Notes under the pieces: model-generated | Database searches by the model: none | The model's input: only the letters and a program-made list of their open reading frames with translations | Told to the model about the DNA's origin: nothing | Made by a program: the position numbers and the translations under genes | Assembly: GCF_902713615.1 (NCBI RefSeq) | Contig: NC_052147.1 | Location: 48,283,549-48,347,548, forward strand | Length of the DNA stretch: 64,000 bases | Source: Scyliorhinus canicula | Lineage: Eukaryota | Reading direction: 5' to 3' | Part shown: piece after piece, positions 52,911 to 64,000 of the stretch | Position numbering within the stretch: position 1 is the stretch's first letter | Layout: each line of letters opens with the position of its first letter

Positions 52911-53100
52911 GGGGCGCGATTCTCCGTCTCGCCGCACCGGTTTTCTGGTGCGGCATGCCCCCGTTGGCAGTGGGTTCCTCTGTCCCGGCAGCTGGTCAAT
53001 GGGGATTCCCATTATGGGCACCCCCACACCATTGGTAAATCCGCGGGCGTGAGTGCGCTGCCAGCGAAGTGGAGGATCCCGCCAATGGAGAATCCAGTCC
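52911..53100. mobile_element. Harbinger-type MITE (related pieces at about 44544-44930 and 61718-62460)
   Basis: Termini gggcgcgattctcc / ggagaatccagtcc; GC-rich interior. Confidence 0.7.
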
Positions 53101-53344
53101 ATTAGATTTAGCAGTTACCAAATTATTATTTTCCCATTGGGACGCTTCAGTCTAAGTATAAATTTTACAGAACAGATAACTGTTTAATTTTCCAGCAATA
53201 TTTAAATCTCTAATTTGCATTGTATTGCACCAGTGTGATAGAACGTAGAGTCAGAAATGGGGCTCGGTGTCCTGTGTTTTATCATGCCTGTGCAAGCTGT
53301 ACTACTGGAGCCATCCACTCTTATCCTTATACATGAATATATGT

Positions 53345-53520
53345 AATAATAATAATCACTTATTGTCACAAGTAGGCTTCAATGAAGTTACTGTGAAAAG
53401 CTCCTATTTGCCACATTCCGGCGCCTGCTCAGGGAGGCCGATACGGGAATTGAACCTGCGCTGTTGACCTCGTTCTGCCTTACAAGCCAGCTGTTTAGCC
53501 CACTGTGCTAAACCAGCCCC
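53345..53520 (-). mobile_element. Short tRNA-derived SINE with a different head (ggggctggtttagcacag) and the alternative tail
   Basis: A/B-box-like head (ggttcaattccc); tail ends acttgtgacaataag...(att)n. Confidence 0.75.
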
Positions 53521-53954
53521 TGGATATATATTTATCTTTTTCAAATAATTGTGTTTCTGATTTGATCACTTACAAATAATAAACCTGTCTCAAAGTGTTT
53601 CTTAGCAAAAATAAACGAGAGCTTATCTTCCTTATTAGTAATGTGAGAAGAAAATTGTAAGAACTCAGCAGCTTTGAAATGCAACTGCTGAGAATGATTT
53701 TAATGAATTGACTAATTAGACAAAAATTGAATAGTGTGAATTGAATCAGTTATCTTTTGTATATCTTTGCTTGTATTTAATAAAATGATCAGCTAAGAAT
53801 AAATGATAACTGGAGTGCGGTTCTACTATTAATTGCTAAATGTCTGCGGGATGCTTTTTACTCATCGAGGCAGTTAAGTTTCATAACAGCTTACCATGAA
53901 ACCTTGCATACTGGATAGTACTTATGAATTTAATTGGTCATTTTAAATTTTCAG

Positions 53955-54045
53955 GGAGAAAAAACACTTTGAGTGCGGAAGAGATGGCTGAATTTTATAA
54001 GTCGTTCCTTGACACAAACTACAAAAAGCATGTGAACTACAATAA
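53955..54045 (+). CDS. COA8: COA8 exon 4 (91 bp)
   Basis: Acceptor aattttcAG, donor AA|GTAAGT. Translates (G)[29 protein letters not shown](K); phases fit exons 3 and 5. Confidence 0.94.
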
Positions 54046-54555
54046 GTAAGTAACCCTACTGATTATTTTTAAATATGTAATTGCTGGATTGAGTTTATGA
54101 AGAGGGATAAGAATAAATTGTGAGAGTAATAGACTATTAAAATATAATAAAAGCAAATTACTGCGGATGCTGGAATCTGAGATGGAAGGGACAATGCTGG
54201 AAAATCTCAGCAGGTCTGGCAGCATCTGTAGGGAAAGAAAAGAGCTAACGTTTCGAGTCCGATGACTCGAAACCCAGGATGCAGAAACCCATTTCTTCTT
54301 CTCTTCCACCAAAAGTAAATTGTAGTGAGGTGAACGATAATCATATGAAAATAAACAGAGGCTAATAAAATAGATTTTAAAGTTTGAGATTCTGTTCAAA
54401 GTTCTTCATTTTAACTGTCGGCAGGTTATAAGTGCTACAAGGCAGAAAGGATTGTTCAAAATTGTATTCCTCCTCTGACTAAACTAAGTATAACATTGTA
54501 ACATGATGAATGTTGTCTAATGAGTGAGTAATTTTTTCTTTATTCCTTTAATCAG

Positions 54556-54655
54556 GGAATGGTACAAACGTAATTTTACTATCACATGGTTAATGGGTCG
54601 AGCAGTGCTGCAGAGTGCCTGGAGAAAACTGAGATGGAGGAAGGAAGTCAGATGA
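54556..54655 (+). CDS. COA8: COA8 exon 5, coding part
   Basis: Acceptor ttcctttaatcAG. Translates (K)EWYKRNFTITWLMGRAVLQSAWRKLRWRKEVR* with a tandem TGATGA stop. Spliced CDS totals 624 nt (207 aa). Confidence 0.94.
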
Positions 54656-54790
54656 TGAAGATCCCGGATCCTGTAAACAGTCTATTTGGACTTAAATGCT
54701 TAGAGTTGGAATCTAATTTTGCCATTGTGCTATTTAAGTTAAACTTTAACTTTAGCATTGCACAGTAAATGTATCATATACAGAATTGTT

Positions 54791-54796
54791 ATTAAA
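54791..54796 (+). terminator. Probable COA8 polyadenylation signal (ATTAAA)
   Basis: ATTAAA about 135 nt after the stop, followed by a U/GU-rich tract (gtctttttctgagtttgacttgtgt). Confidence 0.55.
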
Positions 54797-54879
54797 ATAT
54801 AATGTCTTTTCTGAGTTTGACTTGTGTATATATTTTTGTTTCAACCTTTATATTTATTTAAAAGGGAGACAGAAGGTGA

Positions 54880-55305
54880 CAAACTACAGACCAGTAGAGG
54901 AGTAAGGGGTGACTTAATTGAAACATATAAGATCCTGAGGGGTCTTGACAGGGTCGATGAGGAGAGGATGTTTCCTCTTGTGGGAGAATCTGGAATCAGG
55001 GGTCACTATTTAAAAATCAGGGGTCGCCCATTTAAAATGGCGATGTGACGAAACATTTTCACTCAGAGGGTTGAGAGTCTTTGGAACACTTCCAGAAAAG
55101 GTGGTGGAAGCAGAGTCTTTGAATCTTTTAAAGGCAGGGGTGGATAGATTCTTGGTAAGCAAGAGGATGATAGGTTATCGGAGGGGGGGGGGGAAGTTAG
55201 GCAGGATGCAGATTTGAGGTTACTATCAGATCTGCCATGATCTTGATCAATGGTGAAGCAGGCACAAGGGCTGAATGACCAATCTTGCTCCTTGTTCGTA
55301 TGTTC
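54880..55305 (+). mobile_element. CR1 LINE 3' end
   Basis: RGDLIETYKILRGLDRVD...RGH peptide plus a CR1-type tail. Confidence 0.82.
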
Positions 55306-55451
55306 AACAGCTTCCAATGGTATGATAAGTGATCACATAAGTTTTATCATGTGGGAACCCTGAAATGAATTACAGTAACCAGAAATTCTTCTTTAACAAA
55401 AAATGGGTGAAAATCAATTTTCTGCCATGTTATGATGTCCAGTAACCTTTA

Positions 55452-55665
55452 CGCCATGATGTAGTGATGTTGGAGTGGGGTGAGCACAGTTAGAAGTATT
55501 ACAACACCAGGTTAATGTCCAATAGGTCTGTTTCGAATCACTAGCTTTCGGAGCACTGCTCCTTCCTCGGGTGAATGAGGAATTCACCTGAGGAAGGAGC
55601 AGTGCTCCGAAAGCTACTGATTTGAAACAAACCTATTGGACTTTAACCTGGTGTAAGACTTCTTA
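55452..55665. mobile_element. Palindromic Penelope-derived mini-element with a hammerhead-like core
   Basis: Inverted arms of about 85 bp around 55577-55581; TSD cagtaaccttta at 55440-55451 and 55666-55677. Confidence 0.75.
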
Positions 55666-56379
55666 CAGTAACCTTTAAGGAAGAGAAACACCAATTATTT
55701 ACGAAAAGAATAAAAACGCCAGATTCCACAATTTTCAAACAGAATAATTTTTATGATGTAATAGAGCAAATACTAAATACTATCTTAGCTAACCCCCCAT
55801 ACCTAATACCCATAATCAACCTGAATTAACAGGCAAATTGTGGTAGATTATAAACTATAAATTGCGCATTAAATGGCAGACACAATCGGGCAAATTTTAC
55901 CAATTGGCTCAGCAGTCCATTCAGCATATAGGTCATCAATCTAAATCAAGAGTCTTTCAAAACTCTGTCTTCCTCACAAAGAATTTCAACTCTTCTTCTA
56001 GATGCTAGCCGTACACCTGCCAAAAGCAGCACACAACCAACCCGAGTTCCATGGGCACAGTCTCCACCAAAAATGGCACTCTGTAGAACCTCCTCAACTT
56101 GGTCTGGATGTTGTAGATCTACCAGTGTTATCTTAAAGTAGCAGAAGCAGTTACAGCAACTATCTATTTGCTTATTCTCAGCTTCTGGGCCTCTCTTCAA
56201 CCTGCTTATACTGTGCCATTGGAATCCTCATCTGTGTTCTTGTTATATGTTTTATGGTTTTTTAATATATACGTATGTTCCTTTTATATGCTTTCAAACA
56301 GGTTCAATCTCCCTGGAAATGCAATCTCAGTTTCAATCTTAGTTTCCTTAGAAACTCAGAGGGCCAGTTTCCCTTCTCA

Positions 56380-59224
56380 GTTTCCCAGGCTGAAAAGAAG
56401 CAGTCACTCCAGGAAACATGGAAAACGTGCAGGGCTGCAGGTGAGAGTGAAACAACGCGGTCCCAAAGCCCCTCTGCCTAGCTTACTCCTAGCTAATGTC
56501 CAATCTCTAGAAAACAAGCTAGACGAACTTAAAGCCAGACTCACTTTTCAAAGAGAACTAAGGGACTGCTGTGTGCTCTGTTTCACGGAGACATGGCTCA
56601 CTCCTGCTTCACCGGACTGTGCCCTACAACCAGAGGGCTTTTCAATCCACCAAATGGACCGTACGGCGGCCTCCGGAAAGGCAAGGCAAGGGTAGGTGGG
56701 GTATGCCTCCTAATCAACACCTTCTGGTGCCTAGGTGTAGCAACACCGGTGCGTTTCTGCTCCCCGGACGTAGAATACCTGACACTAAAATGCCGCCCCT
56801 TCTACCTTCCGCGGGAGTTCAGCTCCATTATCCTGACGGCAGTTTACATCCCACCCCATGCAAATGAGAAAATCGCACTGGACGAAATATTCACCACCAC
56901 AAATAGGCTTGAAACGAAACATCCTGAGGCCTTGTTCATTGTAGCTGGGGACTTCAATCAGACCAAGCTCAAGAGCATACTGCCAAGTTACTACCAACAC
57001 GTCACCTGTTCCACCAGAGGCCCAAACATCCTATACCACTGCTAAACAAATATCAAACATGCCTACCACTCTATCGCCCACCCACATTTTGGCAAATCTG
57101 ACCATAAGGCTGTGCTCCTGCTCCCGGCTTATAAGCAGAAACTAAAGCTGGAAAATCCGTCAAAGAAAGTTGTGCATTGTTGGTTTGAGGAATCGGATGA
57201 TCTCCTACGGGACTGCTTAGAGTCAGTGGACTGGTCAGTATTTAAAAACTCTGCGACCAGTCTGAACGAGTATGCCACTACAGTAACTGACTTCATTAGT
57301 AAGTATGTAGAAGACTGTGTGCCAAAGAAGCAAATCTGTGTGTTTCCCAACCGGAAACCCTGGATGAACAGGGATATCCACTGCTTGCTGAAGTCTAGGT
57401 CTGAGATGCTCAAGTCAGGTGACCCTGACCTCTACAAGAAAGCCAGATATGATCTAAAGAAATCCATCAAAGATGCCAAAAGACAGTACCGGACCAAGCT
57501 CAAGTCCCAGGCTAGCCATACGGATCCCCGCCGTCCATGGCAAGGTCTGCAAGACATAACGGGCTACAAGATGAAGGCATGTAAAATCGTTGGCTCCAAC
57601 GCACCCCTCCCTGATGAGCTCAACGCATTCTATGCCCGCTTTGAGCAAGAGGTCAGCGAGAGCGAGCCCTCCACCCCAGAAGCCGTGGATGAACTTGTAT
57701 CTGAGATCACCACTGCAGACGTCAGAGCAGCCTTCTCGAAGATCAACTCACGGAAAGCCACTGGCCCGGATGGGGTACCTGTACGAGCACTCAGATCTTG
57801 CGCGGATCAGCTGGCGGGGGTATTCGCAGACATCTTCAACCTCTTTACAACAATCTGAGGTCCCTATCTGCTTCAAGAAGATGACCATCATCCCTGTACC
57901 AAAAAAAGTCAAGCAGCATACCTTAATGACTATCGTCCAATGGCTCTGACATCCATCATCATGAAATGCTTCGAAAGGTTAGTCATGGCACGAAGTAACT
58001 CCAGCCTCCCGGATTGCCTTGATCTGCTACAGTTTGCCTACCGCTGGAACAGGTCCACAGCAGACGCCATCTCCATGGCCCTGCACTCTACCCTGGAACA
58101 CCTAGATAACAAAGACACTTATGTCAGACTCCTATTTATCAACTACAGCTCAGCCTTCAACACCATAATTCCTACGAAACTGATCTCCAAACTCCGTGGC
58201 CTTGGCCTCGGCTCCTCCCTCTGCGACTGGATCCTGAACTTTCTAACCCACAGGCCACAATCATTAAAGATGGGCAACAACACCTCCTCCATCCTCAGCC
58301 CTCTACTATATTCCTTATACACCTATGACTGTGTGGCCAAATTCCCCTCCAACTCGATTTTCAAATTTGCTGATGACACCACCATAGTGGGTCGGATTTC
58401 AAACAATGACGATACAGAGTACAGGAATGAGATAGAGAATCTGGTGAACTAGTGCGACGACAATAATCTCTCCCTCAATGTCAACAAAACGAAGGAGATT
58501 GTCATCGACTTCAGGAAGCGTAGTGGAGAACATGCTCCTGTCTACATCAATGGGAACGAAGTAGAATGGGTCGAGAGCTTCAAGTTTTAGGTGTCCAGAT
58601 CACCAACAGCCTGTCCTGGTCCCCCCATGCTGACACTATAGTTAAGAAAGCCCACCAACGACTACTTTCTCAGAAGACTAAGGAAAGTTGGCATGTCAGC
58701 TACAACCCTCACCAACTTCTACAGATGCACCATAGAAAGCATTCTTTCTGGTTGTATCACAGCTTGGTATGGGGCCTGCTCTGCCCAAGACTGCAGGAAA
58801 CTACAAAAGGTCGTGAATGTAGCCCAGTCGATCACGCAAACCAGCCTCCCATCCATTGACTCTATCTATAATTCCCGCTGCCTCAGAAAGGCAGCCAGCA
58901 TAATTAAAGATCCAACGCATCCTGGACATACTCTCTTCCACCTTCTTCCATCAGGAAAAAGATACCAAAGTTTGAGGTCACGTACCAACCAACTCAAGAA
59001 CAACTTCTTCCCTACTGCCATCAGACTTTTGAATGGACCTACCTCGTATTAAGTTGATCTTTTCTCTACACCTTACTATAACTGTAACATTATATTCGGC
59101 AGTCTCTCCTTCCTTCCCTCCTTCCTTCCCTATGTACGGTATGCATTGTTTGTACAGCATGCAAGAAACAATACTTTTCACTGTATACTAATACATGTGA
59201 CAATAATAAATCAAATCAAATCAA
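56380..59224 (+). mobile_element. Rex1/Babar-clade LINE, near-complete endonuclease-reverse transcriptase ORF with a few frameshifts and stops
   Basis: [71 protein letters not shown]; tail aataataaa(tcaaa)3. Confidence 0.9.
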
Positions 59225-59349
59225 ACCTTTTCGATTTTCATTTTTACCATCCCTTTCCAGTTAGAGTATCTCAAAAATACAAGCTTTGAAACTGCAGTTT
59301 CCATCACAGGCATAATTAGCAATAAATTTTGTGAATATTGCTTTCAATA

Positions 59350-59634
59350 GGGTGTCACAGTGGTTAGCATTGCTGCCTCATAGCATCAGGGACTGGGTTC
59401 CAGCCTTGGGCGACTGTATGGAGTTTGCACACTTTCCCCTGTCTTGCGTGGGTGCTCTGTTCCTCTGGGTGCTTTAGTTTCCTCCCATAGCCCAAAGATG
59501 TGCAAGTTAAGTGGATTGGACGTGATCAATGCGCAGGGTTAGGGTAGTGGAATAGGCCGAGGTAGAGTTCTCTTTCAGTAAGTCGGTGCAGACTCGATGG
59601 GCTGAATGCCCCATCTGCATTCTTGGGATTCTAC
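59350..59634 (+). mobile_element. V-SINE with CR1-type tail
   Basis: Head and body plus the ggtgcagactcgatgggctgaatg tail. Confidence 0.8.
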
Positions 59635-62600
59635 AAAACTTGAGAATTCAGAAAATTTGATTTCATCGGTCAGTTGTTGGGGGAAGAGTCACACCTTCAA
59701 TTTTTCACCAAGGAAAAAAAGAGCTTGGATTTGTGTAGCATATTTTGCAAAGCACTTCATAGATCAATTACTTTTGAAGTGAAGCCACTGTTATGTAGAC
59801 AAACTTAGCAGTCAATCCAGAAACAATATAGCTATGGTCATTACTTCCTACATTCAAATTCATATCCTCTGCATTAGAAAGTATAATAGTTCACATTTAT
59901 AAAATGTTTTCCTTTGCTGGAATCCTCTTCAACAGTGTGTTCTGTGGAACACTGGAGAGGGAATGTAACACTGCATTGAACAAGGTACTCTGCTGTCTTA
60001 CCTTTCTATGTTTGGCTACAAGTATGCTTTTTGAGGTAAAATTATCTGATTTATGATTAATGGAAATGGGTGTCCATCTCCCTGTTCAAATAAGTTAGTT
60101 TTTTTTCAAATTGATACATTTTTTCTCTTTGCCTTAAGTTAATATCTTATGCCTGTGTACTGTTTTTGCAGGCACTCCAGGTACTTTTGCCAAAGAACAT
60201 ATTTAATAAATGAATTAAGATGGTACCAATAGGCTATTATAGCCAAAACCAATCTTTGTACCCATTCACATCTGGTGACTGGTTCCTCCTATTCCTAAAT
60301 CTGAGACACTGAAGGGATTCATGGAAAAAATATATCAAGGATGGAATCTTCCTGGTCTAAATCGATCAATAACACAGTGTGCATTTTTCCGCGAGAATAT
60401 TTGGGGAGCGAGTTGAATTTTTATGATCAATCGCTGTATTAAAATTAGTTTTTTTTGCTCTGATGGGTCAGCATGTGATATTGTGTTGTACCAGAGATTA
60501 TCGGATTTATGTCCTGTTTCCTCTCAGAAAATTCTGCATTATTGCAGTGTTTCCATTTGGCCACTTCCATGTATATCAAAGGTGGAGACAAAATTATGAA
60601 ACTGAAACACTTGCTCCATTGTACCTCTTCTAATTGATAGCAGAGGCAACCTGACCAACTTGAAAGGCGGATTGAATTTCTGGTGAATTATTTCTGAAAC
60701 ATAAGCATTTTTACTCCTAAAATAAAGCTGCTCATTGCAGGGTATCCATCTTTTGTTCTGCTTTTAAAGCCATACTGTTAATATGGCTTCTCCAGTTCAA
60801 CTTCTGGTGACCCCAAATGATGATGGTGCTATTTGAGGTTGGGAGAGTACCGGACCTTCTCTTGTTTGATATGATAATTACCCATCCCTTGGGTCGTGCA
60901 ACACAGATGTTATGATGTAGGTCGGCATGGAGTGTTTTGTAACCTGGTGTGTTTCTCCTAAACCACTCATTGTGTATACTAATTAGTAACTTGGACCTGA
61001 ACTGCCCTGCATTTTGATTCGTAAACTTTGCCCATTTTGTTCCTATCTCATTTTCTTGTCACAGTCTTCCGCAATTTTGACTTCCAAGTGCTTCTCCTTT
61101 CTGTGTCCATGCCAAATCTTAACCTTGTTCATTATTACTCTTGCAAAACCTTTTAGTATAAAGGGACATGGATTCAAACTTAGATGAAAAAAATGACGAC
61201 ACAGTTAATATATAACTTCTTCGTGCAGAGGTTTGTAAATATTGAATAACAGAGAGGCAATGTAAGCAAAGTGTTTTTAATCTTTTGGTGTACTGTATTA
61301 AAGTTAATCAATCCATCTAAGTCACTGAAAGCTAACATGCAGGTGCAGCAAGCAATTATGAAGAGAAATGGTCTGGCCTTTAATGCAAGAGGACTTGAGT
61401 GCAGAAGTCTTGCTGCAATTGTATAGAACCTTGGTGACTGCACCTGGAGTAGTGTGCACAGTTTTGGTCTCCTTACCGAAGGAAGGAGATACTTGCCATA
61501 GAGGGAGTGCAAAGAAGGTTCACCACACTGATACCTGGGATGGAAAGATTGTCCTTTGAGGAGAGACTGAGGAGATTATGCCTATTTCTCTTTAAAAGCG
61601 TTTAAAAGAATGAGCAGTGATCTTATTGAAGCATACAAAATTCATACAGGGCTTGACAGGGTAGATGCAGGGAGGATGTTTTACCCTGGCTGGTGGGGGT
61701 CTAAAACCAGGATACATAGGGGGAAGTTATCTGCCTGCATTCCATCTCGCTATTTCAGGAGAATAGCGGGAGAGCCCCAAATGGGGTTTACGCTGGGCAC
61801 CAAATGGAGTGCGATGCTCCCGGCCTGCGGCACAAGACGCAATGTGGTTCACGCTGTCACTAGGTGTGAACCAGATTTGCATATTTACATGAGCACTTAA
61901 ACTCAATTAAAAATGCATTTCTGGATCTTAGCCAAAGTCTTCCGGGATCTTTCGCCCCCACTGGAGCGGCGTGATGCCGGCAGAATCATAGCATCAATGG
62001 AAAACAGACGTGATGACCATGCCTGGGGCGGAGGAGGGCTTAGAAACCATTGGAACTCCTGGATGGTTGAGAACAGGGCAAGGCTGTGCCCTAGCAGTAC
62101 CAACTGCCTGGGTGTCAGGTTGGCATTGTCAGGGTGCCAAGAGCAGTGCTTGAAAGAGGGAGAAGGCATGAAGGGGGATGCTAACTGGGGGGGGGGGGGG
62201 ATCCTTCGACGACTCCATAATGGGGTGTTGGTCCCTGGAGGGGGGGGGGGGGGGTTTCTGCCGGTGAGTAAGGTGAGTGGGGATGCTATAGGGTTGTCTA
62301 TAGATCAGGGAGCCCTTTAAAAGTGTTGCTCTACATATGCAGGATGGGTGAATTGGCCACACTAAATTGCCATTTAATTGGAAAAATAGAATTGGGTACT
62401 CAAATTTTTTTTTTTAATGTTGCCCTGATCTCTGAGGAGCTGGCCTGGCTGATGTCTTTAGGTTCTGCACATCTCTTTCCCAGGTGAAATTCTCTACCCC
62501 AGAGCTGTAGAGGCTCAGTCATTGGGTGTGTTCAATGTAGAGATTGTTAGATATTAGAGGTGTCAAGGAATAAGGTAGTTGTGCAGGAATATGGAAGTGA

Positions 62601-62664
62601 GTAGAAGATCAAGTCATGTTCTAGTTGAACATGACTTGGGCTCAAGGGGCTGAAAGTTCTAGAT

Positions 62665-62983
62665 CATAGAATTTACAGTGCAGAAGGAGGCTATTCGGCC
62701 ATTCGTGTCTGCATCGGCCCTTACAAAGAGCACCCTACTCAAGCCCACGTATCTACCTTATCCCTGTAACCCCCAGTTAACACTAAGTGCAATTTAGCAC
62801 AGCCAATCCACCTAACCCGCACATTTTTAGACTGTGGGAGGAAACTGGAGCATGCGGAGGAAACTCATGCAGACATGGGGAGAAAGTGCAGACTCCGCAC
62901 AGACAGTGACCCAGCCAGAAATCGAACCTGGGACCCTGGAGCTGTGAAGTAATTGAGCTAACCACTATGCTACCATGCTGCCC
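62665..62983 (-). mobile_element. V-SINE with CR1-type tail
   Basis: Same layout as the 14241-14562 copy. Confidence 0.85.
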
Positions 62984-63765
62984 TGCACCTGCTCTTATTT
63001 CCTATGTTACTAGGTCTATGATCTTTTGCCAGGCTGTATGGAAAATCAAAAAAGTTGGCCCTGACAACATCTTGGCTTTAACGCTTAAGACTTGCACTAT
63101 CAAAACTGTAGTGCCTCTGGCCAAGCTGTTCCAGTACAGCTACAATTCTGGCATCCATCTGACAAAGTGGAAAATTTCCCAGTTATGTCCAGGACAAATT
63201 GCCACTCCATCAATGTACTTTCATTCATCAACAAAGTGATGGAAGGTGTCATTGACAGTGCTATCAAATAGCATTTACTCAGCAGTAACCTGCTCACTGC
63301 TACCTATTTAGAGTCTGCCTTGACAACGGGGCTGCGGGCCTCATTACATTGCTTAAAATCTGGATAATGGAGCTGAATTCCAGAGGTAAGGTGACACTGC
63401 TTGCCTGTGAAATCAAGGCAGCACTTGACTAAGTGTGGCATCAAGGTGCACAAACAGAACTGAAGTCAATGGGAATTGGGGTGAAAACTCCCCATTTGTT
63501 GTAGTCGCACCTAGCACAAAGGAAGATTATGGTGGTTGTTGGAGGCTAACCTTCTCTGTCCAAGGATATCGCTATAGGAATTATTTGACAGTGTTTTCAG
63601 CCGAACCATTAAGAATATGTTGAGAAGACAATTTAAAAAACATTTGGGATCTTTGATTTTTCAAATAGAGGCATGGAGTACAAAATGCAAGGGGGCTATG
63701 CTAAACCCTAGAACACAAGTGAAGAGGGCACTGTTCATTCTGTTTTTTATAAGCACACAGCTTTA

Positions 63766-63990
63766 GGGCAGCACGGTGGTGCAGTGGTTAGCACTGCTGC
63801 CTCACGGCGCAGAGATCCCAGGTTCGATCCCGGCTCTGGGTCACTGTCCGTGTGGAGTTTGCACATTCTCCCCGTGTTTGCGTGGGTTTCGCCCCCACAA
63901 CCCAAAGATGTGCAGGCTAGGTGGATTGGCCACGTTAAATTGCCCCTTAATTGGAAAAAATTAATTGGATACACTAAATTTGTTTTAAAA
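63766..63990 (+). mobile_element. V-SINE/HE1-like SINE (young copy)
   Basis: Complete head gggcagcacggtggtgcagtgg, B-box ggttcgatccc, CpGs retained. Confidence 0.88.
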
Positions 63991-64000
63991 AATTATTACA

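Noticed and set aside
55946-56200. 84-aa minus-strand ORF downstream of COA8
   Set aside because: Non-ATG start, no recognisable homology and no convincing splice sites.
60150-60215. Strong-looking acceptor (tgtttttgcAG) followed by AATAAA, as a possible extra COA8 terminal exon
   Set aside because: COA8 already ends with a conserved exon 5 and a poly(A) signal. Such motifs are common by chance in AT-rich DNA.
59224-64000. Exons of the expected neighbour KLC1
   Set aside because: No kinesin light chain peptide and no non-repetitive CpG island seen; it presumably lies beyond the window.

Overview
Eukaryotic, repeat-rich vertebrate DNA; the SINE and LINE families point to a shark, possibly a catshark (inferred from repeat content only). 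It holds two head-to-head genes around a CpG island at about 33.0-33.8 kb. BAG5 is on the minus strand, with one 448-aa coding exon at 8146-9492, an inferred non-coding exon 1 near 33386-33500 and an intron of about 24 kb. COA8/APOPT1 is on the plus strand, with five coding exons I assembled by hand (33577-54655, 207 aa). An intronless, fully intact RPS26 copy lies inside the BAG5 intron in the same orientation. The rest is mostly mobile DNA: CR1, L1, Rex1/Babar and Penelope-like retroelements, V-SINE/HE1-like and Deu-type SINEs, Harbinger remnants and an hAT deletion derivative with two abutting long hairpins. The best leads are the RPS26 retrocopy (possibly an alternative terminal exon of BAG5), the double-hairpin hAT element and the hammerhead-like cores in the Penelope remnants. 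Repeat boundaries are approximate unless a target-site duplication (TSD) is quoted, and family names come from recognition, not database searches.
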